Shown here one piece after another: positions 1 to 14,286 of a DNA stretch of 56,017 bases. The DNA is from Octopus bimaculoides (lineage: Eukaryota). The number at the start of each line of letters is the position of its first letter. Within the stretch, counting starts at the first letter, position 1. The notes beneath the pieces were generated by a model. The model was not told the origin of the DNA. It made no database searches and was given only the letters and a program-made list of their open reading frames with translations. Location: contig NC_068987.1 in assembly GCF_001194135.2 (NCBI RefSeq), positions 4,276,261-4,332,277 of the forward strand, written 5' to 3'. Position numbers and translations under genes: made by a program.

Positions 1-42
<42 letters not shown>

Positions 43-148
43 AGTATATGCATGTATATACAGATGTAGATACATAGATATAAATATACGCACACATACA
101 AACATTATATATATGCATATAAGAAAAGATTGGAAGATACATATCTAT

Positions 149-182
<34 letters not shown>

Positions 183-245
183 GCACACACGCAGACACAC
201 ACACAGAGGCACACACGCAGACATACACACAGACACACACATATA
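1..245. repeat. (CA)n/(TA)n microsatellites
   Basis: Direct reading. Confidence 0.95.
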
Positions 246-628
246 TAGATGCACGTACATAATAAATATTTCGTGTATGTTTATATCTAGAAGGAAATAA
301 TTAATCCAAGCGGCATGTGGTATTTTTCCTAATGATCGAAATCATTTAAAGTTATGTGCAGCTTGCTCTAACTTTAATTAGAGCTGCCGGTCTATGCCTG
401 TGGTATTGTTTTTGTTTTTGTTTTTCTATTGCTAATTGATAACATAAAGTTTTATTTGTTTCCGTCCACCTCACCCCCACCCCCACCCACATCTGTCTTA
501 ACGTTTTAAACTTTTAAGTTTTTCTCTCTCGACGACAACGTGCTCAGCATCCGTTGGTTCTTCCTTGTCGTCTTTCAGAGTCTTAAATGTTGAAACATGT
601 TGAATTGTAAATCGTTGTTTCAGTCGTA

Positions 629-648
629 AATGATGATGATGATGGTGG

Positions 649-683
<35 letters not shown>
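629..683. repeat. (GAT)n microsatellite
   Basis: Direct reading. Confidence 0.95.
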
Positions 684-684
684 G

Positions 685-1099
685 TTACAATCATCGGATC
701 GAAAGAGTACTGGAGTCGGAGAAATGTAAGATTTTGTGGGAATTTCCTATTCAAACGGACAAGAAGTTGAAAAATAATAGACCGGGCATAACAATTAGAG
801 ATAAAGAACAGCGAAGTTGCTTACTAATCGATGCATCATGTCCGTTTGATTCCAAGATCGTAAAGGAAGGGGACGAAAAACAAAGAAAATACAGTCCCTT
901 AAAATTTGAAATTGGAAGAATTCGGAGCATGAGAACAGTAAAGGCCGTGCCTATAATAATTGGTGCGTTGGAAACAGTAAGCCAAGATATAGACAAATGG
1001 TTGAAGGGGATTGGGATAGAATGCCCGGTAGCAATAAGAAAATCGAGGGAATCAAGAAGTGATATTCATCAACTTTTAGACATTACATTGGTCGATTAA
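685..1099 (+). mobile_element. Non-LTR retrotransposon remnant, R4/Dong-type restriction-like endonuclease C-terminus
   Basis: ILWEFPIQTDKKLKNNRPGITIRDKEQRSCLLIDASCP...VPIIIGAL matches the RLE 'W(D/E)..IQTD...NRPD..I.D...C..ID...P' pattern. Confidence 0.8.
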
Positions 1100-1287
1100 A
1101 TGGAGCCGCTTGAAACGGCCGTAATGTATTTACAGCTGTACATTCTTGTTACTCATTTACATTCTGTTCACCTAAATTGGAGCTGTGCAGACTATGCCGA
1201 ACTGGCAAGGTGCCTCAATTTAAGTACCTAATTCCACTGAATCTTAATTATATATATATATTTGCGTATAACAAGGCCATATTTGCG

Positions 1288-1336
<49 letters not shown>

Positions 1337-1455
1337 NNNNNNNNNNNNNNNNNNNNNNNNNNNNNNNNNNNNNNNNNNNNNNNNNNNNNNNNNNNNNNNN
1401 NNNNNNNNNNNNNNNNNNNNNNNNNNNNNNNNNNNNNNNNNNNNNNNNNNNNNNN

Positions 1456-1513
<58 letters not shown>

Positions 1514-2171
1514 AATACCTTGAATAGGAGAGGAAATCTAGTGTCAGAACAAGAGAGAGATGGGGGATACCACTGGGTTGGGGATGAATACAGATTAAGT
1601 GTAGTCAAAGGTTTTAGTGCTAGGGTGGGGACGGAGGTAGAATACAAATGGATTAGATGGCTAAAGTGTATGCAAAGAAGTTACCGAGGAAAAGAGTCAT
1701 AATTAAAAGGAAGTTGTTCGTAGAAAGAAAATTAATGATGCCCTGTCACAGATCCACGTAAATGACATCTCTCTACTCGCCATTATATGGAGGTACACTA
1801 AACGCAAAAATATTAGGCCTTAAATAGAACAAAAGAAACATAGGCCACGGAAGGAGGAGACAGACGTACAAGAAAAGTACAGAAATCATTGTCTTTTGTC
1901 TTTTGTCTCTCTCTATCCCCTATTTTCATTATAGTTTCTATTCTTTTTTACTTGTGTGTGTTTATCTCCGCCTTCCGTCACGTAGCCTTGCGCCTTTTCT
2001 TTCGTGTCAGATCCCTCAATTTCCAGCAAAAGGTGATGTCAAACACAAGGTTTATGACGCTTTATAAAGGAAGTATGAATTATGAATTGCAGAGATGTAC
2101 TTCCGCTGGCGACTGATTTGAGACCTGCGTTTAAACTAAAACAATTACAGAGTGGAAAACTCGTTCTTGTG

Positions 2172-2623
<452 letters not shown>

Positions 2624-2765
2624 TAAAACCGACAGGTTTTGTTAAAACGCGTTAAAATTATTGCAAGTAAATATTATTAATCAATTAATTCTTACCCTAT
2701 ATTATTGTTATATATATGTATATATATATATACATTAATCTGTTTTTCTTCTCTTACAATTTCAG

Positions 2766-2986
2766 TGGTCATCTACAACTCATTTTCCTGCGCTGTAAGG
2801 CCCACCTACGTGAAACCGGAAGGTTGTTATCTATCGACAGGATCCAGAAGTCTTACCAAAGTGTGCTATTGCTACGATTACTTATGCAACTCCGCCAACC
2901 TTCTTCGTAGCAACTGGGTGCCATTGTTGCTTCTCTTTCAGCTCCTCGTTATTCTGGCAATAAATCAGATGTGGACACTCGACTAG
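2766..2986 (+). CDS. Ly6-A: terminal coding exon of a Ly6/uPAR three-finger (Quiver/Sleepless-like) GPI-anchored protein; upstream exons not found in the window
   Basis: Pyrimidine tract plus TTTCAG acceptor ending at 2765, phase 1. Translation (x)VIYNSFSCAVRPTYVKPEGCYLSTGSRSLTKVCYCYDYLCNSANLLRSNWVPLLLLFQLLVILAINQMWTLD*. It has five Cys ending in C-x-C-x4-CN followed by a hydrophobic GPI-type tail, the same layout as the last exons of Ly6-B and Ly6-C. Confidence 0.85.
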
Positions 2987-3760
2987 TCGACTAAAAATGA
3001 ACATACGCATACATACACACACACACACACACACACACATGCACATACATGTGTGTGTGTGTGTGTGTATATACATATATATGTATGTATACACATATAT
3101 ACATATGTATGTATGTATATACATAGATATATACATACACATGTACATATAAGTTTCATACACATGCATACATATACATATAAGCCTCATTAACTTATTT
3201 CATACCCACATATTCACACACACACACACACACACACACGTCTACACACACACACACACGTCTACACAGAAATTGGTTGATTCGATGTTTCATATATTTA
3301 CTTACATATTCATATGCATATACACACACATACACATATACACACAAATATATATATATATATATATANNNNNNNNNNNNNNNNNNNNNNNNNNNNNNNN
3401 NNNNNNNNNNNNNNNNNNNNNNNNNNNNNNNNNNNNNNNNNNNNNNNNNNNNNNNNNNNNNNNNNNNNNNNNNNNNNNNNNNNNNNNNNNNNNNNNNNNN
3501 NNNNNNNNNNNNNNNNNNNNNNNNNNNNNNNNNNNNNNNNNNNNNNNNNNNNNNNNNNNNNNNNNNNNNNNNNNNNNNNNNNNNNNNNNNNNNNNNNNNN
3601 NNNNNNNNNNNNNNNNNNNNNNNNNNNNNNNNNNNNNNNNNNNNNNNNNNNNNNNNNNNNNNNNNNNNNNNNNNNNNNNNNNNNNNNNNTATATATATAT
3701 ATATGTATGTATGTATGTACACATATTCAATCGTACATACATACGTACACATATACATAT

Positions 3761-3806
<46 letters not shown>

Positions 3807-3963
3807 CATATCTTCGTACACGATTAAAGCCATGAATCATGAAATTTTGAGGGGAGGGGTAAATGGGAAGTCGTGACCTTTATGCCTTATAAAATCATAG
3901 ACTTGATGACATCTTACTTTCCGCTCTTCGACACTTGTAATAGTTTTAATATTCGCCCATAAT

Positions 3964-4512
3964 GTGTTGTATGTCGGGAGGGTCATTATGTCACTAATAA
4001 ACATGCACTGGTTCTATTTTACTTCTGTATTGTCTATTTTTGTTAGTTTCTTAACTTAGATAATAGAGAAGTGAAATGTAACCAGTGTGTGTGTACTTAT
4101 TATTGGTATAATGACTCTCCCGAGATACAACACTGTAGTAGAAGGAAAGAAAAGGGAAAAAACCGAGCAACGAATACAAAAGGATATTATCAAATGAAAA
4201 AAGTTTGAGAAGCAGTAAATAGTGAGAAAGACAAAAAACATAATAAAGAAGTATCATAGAACCAGTGCATGTGTTTACTATAGCATAATGACCCTCCCGA
4301 GATACACACTATAGCAGAGGAAGCAGACAGAAAAGAATCGAGCAACGAAAACAAAGAGTAATAAGTGAAATGAAGAGAATTTTTAGAAAGCAGTAAGTAG
4401 TAAGAAATACACGCCAAAAAATAAAGAAGTGTAGTAGAACCAGTGCGCGTGTTTATTATAGCAAAATGACCCTCCCAAGAAACAACAGTATAAAAAAGAC
4501 GAGCAACGAAAT
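3964..4512. repeat. Inverted partial copy plus about 2.5 degenerate direct copies of a ~180-bp unit
   Basis: The motif aaccagtg...ataatgaccctccc(g/a)aga(t/a)ac...cgagcaacgaa recurs at about 4080, 4260 and 4438. Its reverse complement lies at 3964-4026. Confidence 0.8.
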
Positions 4513-5282
4513 TTTTCCCAAAGGGTTTTACAGTTGTAAGCCATCTCTGTGTATCAGATATTTGTTGGAAAGACGACGTAATGTAACAAACAGCAACGAT
4601 CTTATGTCTCACTCGTGTATTATTACTTTGTATACAGCTAAATATCTAAGAGTGCAAGCAGGGTTTCTACATGTAACGAATGTTTCTTTATGCTTCTATA
4701 TCTAATCTAATCCTCACTGAATTAAAATTACGATCTGTTTACTGTATTTTAGAGAAGAAAAAGACCACATGCTGAGTTGCCGCATTGTAGTAGCTTAGCT
4801 GTAAACTCATTGGATGTTTTCCGTGGTGTTCTCTTTCTCTTTTTATTATTTGTTAGAATAAGAAAAGAAGAGGCGTATTCAGGTAGTTCTTGAATGAGCG
4901 AGAGGGATAATTGGATAAATCTAATACAGGTAACGATCCATTGGATTCCTGCAAATTTGGATAATTCCAGACTGAATTCCTTGAAAGAAAAGAACAATGA
5001 ATCGGCAGAGGATTTGAGGCAAACATAAAACATCAAGTTTTACGATTTCTATGGCATCTATTTAGAGAAAATAAATGGCCTAGTAGTTAGGGAGTTGCAC
5101 TCGCGATCATACGGTCGTGGTTTCGATACCCGTAAGTTGTGTTCTTGAGTACCAGTTGCGTACTGGGTCGATCTAATCGACTGGCACTCCCTCCCCCAAA
5201 ATGTCGGGCCTTGTGCCTAAAGTAGAAAAGATTATTACTCATTTGTTGTTGTACACTGGGGGACATCACTCGGTTTTGGCCA

Positions 5283-5622
5283 AAGGTGGGCACAATTAAT
5301 CGAAATGTTAACTTCGTTAACCGTTAATCCGTTAACTAAAAAGTTAACTTCGATAACCGTTAATCAGTTAATTCTTTAAAAATCTAACGGAAGTTATCGA
5401 TAAACCGTTAACGTAAATTTTTATTAAAGAAAAAAAAATCAGGTTTTGATCTAAAACCAACTAAAAACATCCTTAAAAAGTGCCAAAATTATAAAATCTA
5501 ACTTCAATTCAATTGAAGTTAACGGAAGTTAACTCAAGGTGACTTGAATTAACGGAAGGTCCGATAATGATTTTCCAAATTTAACGTAAACGTTAAATCG
5601 TTAACGAAAATGTTAACTTGGT
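5283..5622. mobile_element. GTTAAC-rich MITE-like element
   Basis: Starts aaggtgggcacaattaatcgaaatgttaac and carries many GTTAAC/TTAACG subterminal motifs in both orientations at both ends. Confidence 0.5.
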
Positions 5623-5968
5623 TTTGGTGCTAGTAAATATGTTTCTGATCGTATGTTTAACCGTCCAGGGATGACCTACGATTAAACAACAACGACATCA
5701 ACAACAACTCGTATCTGTTATCCAATTCTCGGATAATTACTGCACGGCGGTAGTTTTTATCAGTAGTTAACTTGTTTGTAGAGCGCTAAATATCGGCTGC
5801 TTCTCTGAACACCTGCGTCCAGTATTTTCTTTGTTGTCGGACATATTGTTATCTCCGTACCATGGGGAGAGCCTCAATTGAAAGTTTTTTGCTTGGCAGA
5901 TCTAGACATCATCATAACCATTAACATATTGAATGAGCGCAATTCTTTGTTGCTGTTGCTACTGATGC

Positions 5969-6004
<36 letters not shown>

Positions 6005-6929
6005 CACTGCTGTCATCATTTAACCCCACGCCCACCCAAGTCGGCCTCGATCGAGCAATCCCATAATCAGCCATACATTCCAGCCCTGATTAAGGACGTA
6101 GTTTTATAAATCCAGGCCTGAACCTCTCTCCATACGGTTTCGCTCTTCACTTTTTTTTAATACTGGTATGGCGTAATTGAGATGGAGATTTAGCTACTAT
6201 TTCTACCAAGTCGAACGACCACATAGCGGTTCCCTGGTTAGCTCGTAGAGTTCCTTCCCGACCCCCATATCCCCATATTGCGTTCCAAGGACAACGTAGG
6301 GGGCAATGGCGGTCCTATCGGTTATTGCTGTCATTTAATGCCAGATTAAACCTGATCGATTATCGATTACCCATTATCTCACCTCACCCATCTATTCCTA
6401 AAGTATGGAAACCTACTGCCACTATAACCAACGTGTACTGAACCCGAAACCAAGGAGTTGCAAAACGATCTTCTTAGCCACACAGCCGTATAACGAGAGA
6501 AAAATAAGGAACCTTAAATTATATATATTCATTACTTAGCTTTTGGCACAAAGTGCTCAACCGAAATTTGAGTGGTCGGGGATTCGATTCATGATAACGA
6601 CTTGATGGTCCCTTTCCCACGTCTTCTAAGGATTTCAATCCGATCTTCTAAGATGTTTTCACACCTACCCTGCGTTCCAGACTTCTTTTGTTTTCTGTAA
6701 AATACCATTAAATTACTATTTGGGTCTTTGGGCTTTAATAATGATTTTTCATAACAAACCGTTGTGAGAAATAAGGTTTACAGGTTTCTGGAGATTTGAT
6801 CAGCAGATGGCTTCTAATTTGAATGGGGTTGAAATTTCGTCTGCGCTGTAAGGGAGGGGTTACTCTAACCTTTACTCTAGAGAATCAGTCTAGCACTTTT
6901 TCGTATTCTTAGATACCCACTGGTTTATA

Positions 6930-7188
6930 GGGAAATTGTGTGTGTGTGTGTGTGTGTGTGTTGTAAAGAGATATATTCGTTTTATTTCTATCATCGCTTT
7001 AGATTGTCCTAAATTTTTTTCCTTCAACTTCTGCAGATATTCATACATAAAGACCACGTACATACATACATATATACATACATACATACATAGCATAGCA
7101 TACACACACATATATATATATATGCACACATGTATATATACATACATACATTATATATAGATATGCAAGTATATACTCTCACAGTTTG

Positions 7189-7241
<53 letters not shown>

Positions 7242-7420
7242 CACATATCAAATACACATACATACACGTGTATATGTCCTCATAGTTTGACATACATGCA
7301 TGCATTTACACACACATACACATGTATATACATATATATATATATATATGCATATATATATATATATATATACATACATATATGTATATACATATGCATA
7401 TATATATAAACATATATATA

Positions 7421-7492
<72 letters not shown>

Positions 7493-7966
7493 NNNNNNNN
7501 NNNNNNNNNNNNNNNNNNNNNNNNNNNNNNNNNNNNNNNNNNNNNNNNNNNNNNNNNNNNNNNNNNNNNNNNNNNNNNNNNNNNNNNNNNNNNNNNNNNN
7601 NNNNNNNNNNNNNNNNNNNNNNNNNNNNNNNNNNNNNNNNNNNNNNNNNNNNNNNNNNNNNNNNNNNNNNNNNNNNNNNNNNNNNNNNNNNNNNNNNNNN
7701 NNNNNNNNNNNNNNNNNNNNNNNNNNNNNNNNNNNNNNNNNNNNNNNNNNNNNNNNNNNNNNNNNNNNNNNNNNNNNNNNNNNNNNNNNNNNNNNNNNNN
7801 NNNNNNNNNNNNNNNNNNNNNNNNNNNNNNNNNNNNNNNNNNNNNNNNNNNNNNNNNNNNNNNNNNNNNNNNNNNNNNNNNNNNNNNNNNNNNNNNNNNN
7901 NNNNNNNNNNNNNNNNNNNNNNNNNNNNNNNNNNNNNNNNNNNNNNNNNNNNNNNNNNNNNNNNNN

Positions 7967-7995
<29 letters not shown>
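6930..7995. repeat. (TG)n/(TA)n/(CATA)n compound microsatellite spanning an N gap
   Basis: Direct reading; this is the source of several spurious YI/HT ORFs. Confidence 0.95.
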
Positions 7996-7997
<2 letters not shown>

Positions 7998-8559
7998 CAG
8001 GCTTATAAATGATGAAATGATATATGACTGAAATTTGAACCACAAGTCAGACAATATTGAAATAGTTCAAAAGACGGATTAAGATTCAGGTCGAGATAAG
8101 ATGGACAACGGCAATAGAATACAATAGCAATACTAACACAACGGCTTTTCTGAAGAGAATAACTTCGAAAGAAAATGGATATGTTTGTGACATTCTTGGA
8201 TTATTTTTATGATTATTACGAGCAGCTGACAAGAATCAAGTGAAGGTAAGCAAACATTTGTTCCTTATTATTTAAGTTCTATTGTTTCGCTATTGTCTGT
8301 GGATATTGGTGGTTGCTAGAGCCATGACCCAATGAGATATTTTGAGGCTTACGTGCCAGAATTTATATTTACAGGGTTGAGATGTTGACTTGTGAAGCAT
8401 TTAAATGTTTGGTCTCTCATCCTTTCGACAGATATGCAAAATATTGTGGAGACGGCGCTGGACTAACCATTAAGCAAAAAATAAGCCCGTGCTTCGGGCA
8501 TTAAATTAAGAGGGACATCAGAGAAATAGTAAATGGGTTACGGCACAAAAGAAATCAGT

Positions 8560-9010
8560 TTAAACTGCTAAAATAATATTCGAAATGATTTGTTTAATCG
8601 GAAATGTAATTTCAAAGTGTCCATGGGGCCATATTGAGGATCAGATCAAAGACTTTGCAATTCAAATCAGTGATTTCGTCTTCGAAGGCTCTTAATCCGG
8701 CCCCATGTTGAGACACTCTATGCTAGAGTAGTTGAAATGTTTCTTGTCGAGTGTCCAGGACTGTCCAATCATATAACAGGTTGGGAGAGCTACTGCGTGG
8801 TAATAGTAGGACTGATTCCTGTATTCTCCCACACATCCTCGTGCAGTCTGCCGAAGAAATGCTGCTGACTTTGGACATCCTGCAGTTGACTTCTTCCTTA
8901 ATGTTTGACTGTTCTTCCGGGTGAGGATTCCTGGGACTTGCTGATGCATAACTCCATTCTATTTTCTGCTTATCTTGTCGACCTTTTATTCTGTGTTTCA
9001 CTTCATAATC
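8560..9010 (-). mobile_element. RTE-clade LINE RT C-terminal remnant
   Basis: SKVSS...AVALPTCYMIGQSWTL resembles RTE 'SKAS..FGRL...AVVLPTLLYG.E.WT'. Frameshifted. Confidence 0.55.
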
Positions 9011-9616
9011 CGTTTCTCCTTATGATATAAATATTCTTACATATCTTTATTCTCTCAATAAATCACTTTATCTCTACCCATTTGTCTTTTCTATAATGAA
9101 GAAATACGTTCTGAGTGAAATGAGGACTCGGCTCGGTTTCGAACTTTTGTTCGAAACAATTCACTTTAACAACAGCAATATCTTTGCGAAGGGCATTTCC
9201 CTTCTCCCTGATACTTTGCGTCTAAACAGATAATCCTTTCTATTATGAACACAACGCTTAACATGCTAGGGGAAGGGGCTCAACTGGTACTTATTTTATC
9301 GACCCCGAAAAGATGAAAAGTAAAAAAAAAAAAAAAAAAAATTATCGACGTCGGCGATATTTGAACTCAGACCGTAACGACGGACGATATGTTGCTTTGG
9401 ATATTGTTCGATATGCTAACTATTCTGCCAGCTCGTCGCATTGTCTAAGCCATTAAGTTCCCATACTCTTCTAATTTTATGTGTAAGTGGGTGAATATAA
9501 ATATTCTTTTTTTCTTTTTCGTCTTTTTTTATTATTTAGTTTGATAGCAAACGGTTCTGAGATCAAATTTGTTTTCCTACCTTTCTTTCTTTCTCTCTCT
9601 TCTTCTCCCTCTCTCC

Positions 9617-9687
<71 letters not shown>

Positions 9688-9993
9688 GTACATACTATTT
9701 TCACTTTACTTTCGTTCTACATTTCTTTTGTTTTTCTTTTCTTTACATTCCTTCGTTATCTTATCTTATTCCTTTCTTACCTCCTTATCATAAAGATTTA
9801 TTTCACCCCCCATCCACCCCACCAACCTCGTTTTTCCTCTCTTTCGAACTTCCTTTTCAATTATTCATCCTTCTTACTTTAATGCTGTACTCTACCACAT
9901 AAGCGCAATGGCCCAGTAGTCAGAGCAGCGGCTTCGCGGTCGTAGTATCGCAATTTCAATTCCCAGACTGGGCGTTGTGAATGTTTATATATG

Positions 9994-10030
<37 letters not shown>

Positions 10031-11411
10031 CTATGTGTGTTTGGAAATGAACTCAGCTCACTGGAAAAAAAGTGATGGTTTTTATATATGGGAGATAACC
10101 CCATTTTTAATGGCAATTTTTTTAATGGGGGGGGAGATATGGCAGGGTGTATAGGAGCGTATGGCACAGGTGAGAAATTCAGGGGACATGTGACAAAAGT
10201 GTGTAAGGGACGTTTCTATATAGACAAAAAGAAAAAAAAGAAATCTGCTTGACAACATTCCATTATGTGGTTAGATTTAACTCACTTTAATTGTCCTCAT
10301 AGACACAGCTTATAATCTAATACCTCAATAGATTGGATTGACTGATTTGCATATATAACGCATTCTTGGTAGTTAGTTCAATTACTAATGCATTTAAAGA
10401 TGTTGTGCTACAAATACATTGACTGTTTTTCTAATCACATTTTCTTTGCCTATCGATTTGCCTTACTCTTTATCTCTCTCCTTTCTTATTCTTTCTCTCT
10501 ATTTCCTTCATTCTTACAGTTATTTTTCTCTATTTATATATTTATTTATTAGTTTTGTTTATTATTTGCTGTTTTTTTTTCCTATCTCTTTTCATTTTAT
10601 TATTTCTCTTTTGTTTCCGAGGTTCGATGCTTTTTTTCTCCTTCTCTTCTCTCTACCATTTTGCTGTATCTCGAAAGGTCATTCAGCCAATAATAGACAC
10701 ACGCATTGGCTATATTTCACTTCTTTATTTTAATTGCTAATTGGTTAATCAATTAAGCAGTTAACACATCGATTGCTTGATGAATCATTCGGTTTGTCAA
10801 TCAGGTTTGTAAAAGTCTTTTTATCGTCATTTCTGTCCTCATCAGTCACACTACTCTCCACTTGTCTGCTTCAGGTCTGTCTGTTTGTCTCCTACTCTAC
10901 AAGTTCTATATTTATATTTATATGAATGTGAGAATGTGAGACAGAAGGAGAGAGAGAGAGACATAGAGTTTGTGTTTGTGTGAGCGCGTGCGTATGTGTG
11001 CATGTGTGTGACTGCTTGTTCGTGCTGGTGTGTATTCTTTCATTCTGTTTGCTTCACACGCACACACGCACACACACACACGCTATCTTACGACATCTCT
11101 ATCACTGCTATGACAAATATTCAACTCGTTTATCAACAACATTTCATTCTACTGGACTGGGCACTGCCTACTGAGTTACCAAGGTAACGGGGGTGGCTTT
11201 TATGAGACAGGTCGACCAGCTAGAAATAGCACCCAAACCTCTCTCCCATTCTCTTTTTTTTTTTTTAATTTTTATTTATTTTTTTATTTTGAAAAGACAC
11301 TCCTAAATATGCTACGCCCGAAAACAATGTGATGGCCACAGCTGGAACGTATTAATCATAAGGTTGCTCCTTCAAGACTGACAGGGAGTTGATCAATAAC
11401 TTCAGCACACA

Positions 11412-11451
<40 letters not shown>

Positions 11452-11857
11452 CATATAGACACATATGAATGTATATATGTATATATATATATGTGTGTTT
11501 ATGTATATGTATTGTATGTATATATATTGCATTGCTTATGTATGTATGTATGTATGTATGTATCTATCTATCCATCAGTATGCATGTATTTCTGTATCTA
11601 TCTGTCTGTTAGTCTGTCTGTTTTTCTGTCTGTCTGTCTGTCTGTATGTATGTATTATGTAACTTACTTGCAAGGATGTATGTATGTATATATATATATG
11701 TATATATGCATGTATGTATGTATGTATGTCTTAAATAAAATCCGTCTTCGACCATTTGTCAAGATCTCACTTATCGACACTTAGGAACGAAAAATCAATG
11801 ATGGACAAATAATTAGGACACTGATTCGATTTTGAAGGCTGGCGTGAGATAAAGGAC

Positions 11858-11864
<7 letters not shown>

Positions 11865-11945
<81 letters not shown>
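11865..11945. repeat. (GA)n microsatellite (others at about 9595-9685 and 15330-15410)
   Basis: Direct reading. Confidence 0.95.
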
Positions 11946-11947
<2 letters not shown>

Positions 11948-12239
11948 GGAGAGCGGTAGGGATGGCGTTTTGAATAGATTTACTATTTAATCTATTGATT
12001 GTCATAGAAACGAAATCCATTCGCTTCGCTCGATTGTTGTTTGCTAAGAATATTGAAATCGTTAAATGAACTGGATGACCTCAAAAGCACGTGATTGTCA
12101 AGTGAAATTCATTAGCCCACAGCCACACCTGCGCAGGAAATCTATGGGCAAGAAATCTCCAAACCCCATTACTTAGCGTCATTTCCTAAGGCGATGGGTG
12201 TCATTTGGGGGTCATAAGGAAATATTTTCTAGAAAAGCA

Positions 12240-12540
12240 AGCGACCAACGTAGAGCGGGTTTGGACCTCATGCGGCCCACGGGACTTTCTGAATGGCACG
12301 CCTCACAAAAAAATTACCTTGAATATTTCTTAGCAGTGCGGCCCGCCTGATGATGAGCTATGTCCCATGCGGCCCACTTCTCGAAATGGTTGTCTGTGCT
12401 TGATGTAGAGCAGGGATTCTCAACTAGGGTCCTTATGAGTCCATATAAGATTCTTTCGATCAATAAATTGCTTATATTTCTACAAACAAAATATTTTAAC
12501 AATTTTTTTAATACAATTCCTAATAATATAAGAGGATTTG
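12240..12540. mobile_element. hAT-type MITE remnants
   Basis: Three (T)GCGGCCC motifs and a CAGGGATTCTCAAC terminal-like sequence at about 12411. Confidence 0.4.
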
Positions 12541-12560
12541 CTTTATATGGGCGTGGCTCT

Positions 12561-12835
12561 GTGAGTGGAGTTGGTAGACGGAAACTGAAAGAATCACTTT
12601 GTGTATATATGTGTGTGTGTCTTTGTATCCGTGTTTGTACCCCGCCACTGCTTGACAACCGGTGCTGGTATGTTTACGTCTCCATAACTTAGTAGTTGAG
12701 CAAAAAATCCGATAGAATAAATACTGGGCTTTAAAAAAGCAAAAAGGTAAGAACTAGGATCTATTCTTTCGTCTAAAATTCTTCATGGCGGTGCCCCAGC
12801 ATGGCCTAGTCTGTTGACTGAAATAAATAAAAGGA
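12561..12835 (+). mobile_element. SINE family A, partial
   Basis: Shared body and 3' end with the other copies. Confidence 0.75.
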
Positions 12836-13149
12836 AAAAAAAAACCCCAACTAAATACGCCCCCCCCCCGCCTTCACACATACACACACTGTATCAAGGC
12901 GGAAAGTGACACCCTTGAAGAAAGCAATGAAAACGAGAAGAAAAGTTTATTGCTTGGGGTGACGGAAACGGCTGAGATGAGAAGAGAACAGGAGTTTAGA
13001 GCGTCAGNNNNNNNNNNNNNNNNNNNNNNNNNNNNNNNNNNNNNNNNNNNNNNNNNNNNNNNNNNNNNNNNNNNNNNNNNNNNNNNNNNNNNNNNNNNNN
13101 NNNNNNNNNNNNNNNNNNNNNNNNNNNNTCTGATCGACTCCAATGGTGT

Positions 13150-13330
13150 TCTTTTATTTTTTTTACTCGTTTCAGTCATTTGACTGCGGCCATGCCGGAG
13201 CACCGCCTTTTAGTCAAACAAATCGACCCTCGGGACACTTATTCTTTATTCTATCGGTTATCTCTTTGCCGAACCGCTAAGTTACGGGAATGTAAATACA
13301 CTAACATCGGTTGTCAAGCGATGGTGTGTG
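13150..13330 (-). mobile_element. SINE family A, 3' part
   Basis: tttcagtcatttgactgcggccatgccggagcaccgcc block. Confidence 0.8.
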
Positions 13331-13376
13331 TGTGTGTGGGGGGGATAGGCAAATACATACATACATACAAATAGAT

Positions 13377-13418
<42 letters not shown>

Positions 13419-14286
13419 GATGGTGGTGGTGGTTGTGGTGGTGGTGGTGGTGGTGACGATGATGAAGATTAAAAATCTTCAAATTTTGTGCGAGTTTTGT
13501 TTTGTGGAGGTAACCCAAACGAAATTCATGCCATAGAATTCAATGATTTTCTTTTTGTTTTGTTTTGTTTTGTTTTGTTTTGTTTTGCGCGTGTTGACAT
13601 TGAAAATAAAGAACTTGTAAATCAACGGAATCGTATCCAATGACTGACTGCTTTGCTCGCCGACATCTCATTTAAAATGAGGATAGCTCACTCGCTCACG
13701 TTGTTAACAAACCCCGAGACATTAAATAAATCTACTCAGACATGCAAATGGTTTTCATTGGAAATGTAACAGATGTAACAGAACTCAATCGATTAAGAGA
13801 GATTCATAGTTTCCAGATCGTGAAGTAGTCTGTAATGTCTTGTTCAAATAACCTAGTTTCACTCTATAGATATATAACGGTTAGTGTGTTGGTTTGAAGC
13901 GCTGAAGGTCACCAGGAATCTAATGAATGGAATGGTATTGATGCAGTGGTGATTGGTAGAAACGACAAGAAATAAATAACAGCTGTAATGGCTTTATTTA
14001 TTGTTACGATATATACAACTACTTCGAGTTGTTAAATTATGAAGACTAAAAGAAGTTCTGTTGTCATTCGTGTAGATTGATGGATTGCTGTGGCCATTTG
14101 TTGTTTACTACTGTGTGACTGAAGGAAAAAGAAGAGAAAGAGAGAGTAAAAGAATCTACCTCTGTTGGTTGTTGAGTAAAGAGGGTAAGAGAAACATGTA
14201 AGCTTTTTGACAGTCATGAATAGAGAGAGTGGGAGGAGGGGGTAACAGTGTTGTATTTCTGCCAAAATGCCTCTTTCTTCCCGTGT

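Noticed and set aside
1843-1988. Weak inverted repeat (ACGGAAGG.GGAGA / TCTCC.CCTTCCGT)
   Set aside because: It is too degenerate to assign, has no ribozyme core, and is probably an old MITE.
8150-8170. CTGAAGA-GAA(TAAC)TTC-GAAA hammerhead-like core
   Set aside because: The core and stem II fit, but no stem III/UH/stem I pairing can be built. It is likely chance or too decayed to call.
9136-9157. Perfect 9-bp hairpin GTTTCGAAC-TTTT-GTTCGAAAC
   Set aside because: It is short, has no ribozyme core in register, and is not distinguishable from chance.
10980-11187. 'LYHCYDKY' as the start of a fourth Ly6 domain
   Set aside because: It has only one Cys, no C-x2-C, and no signal exon or acceptor in phase.
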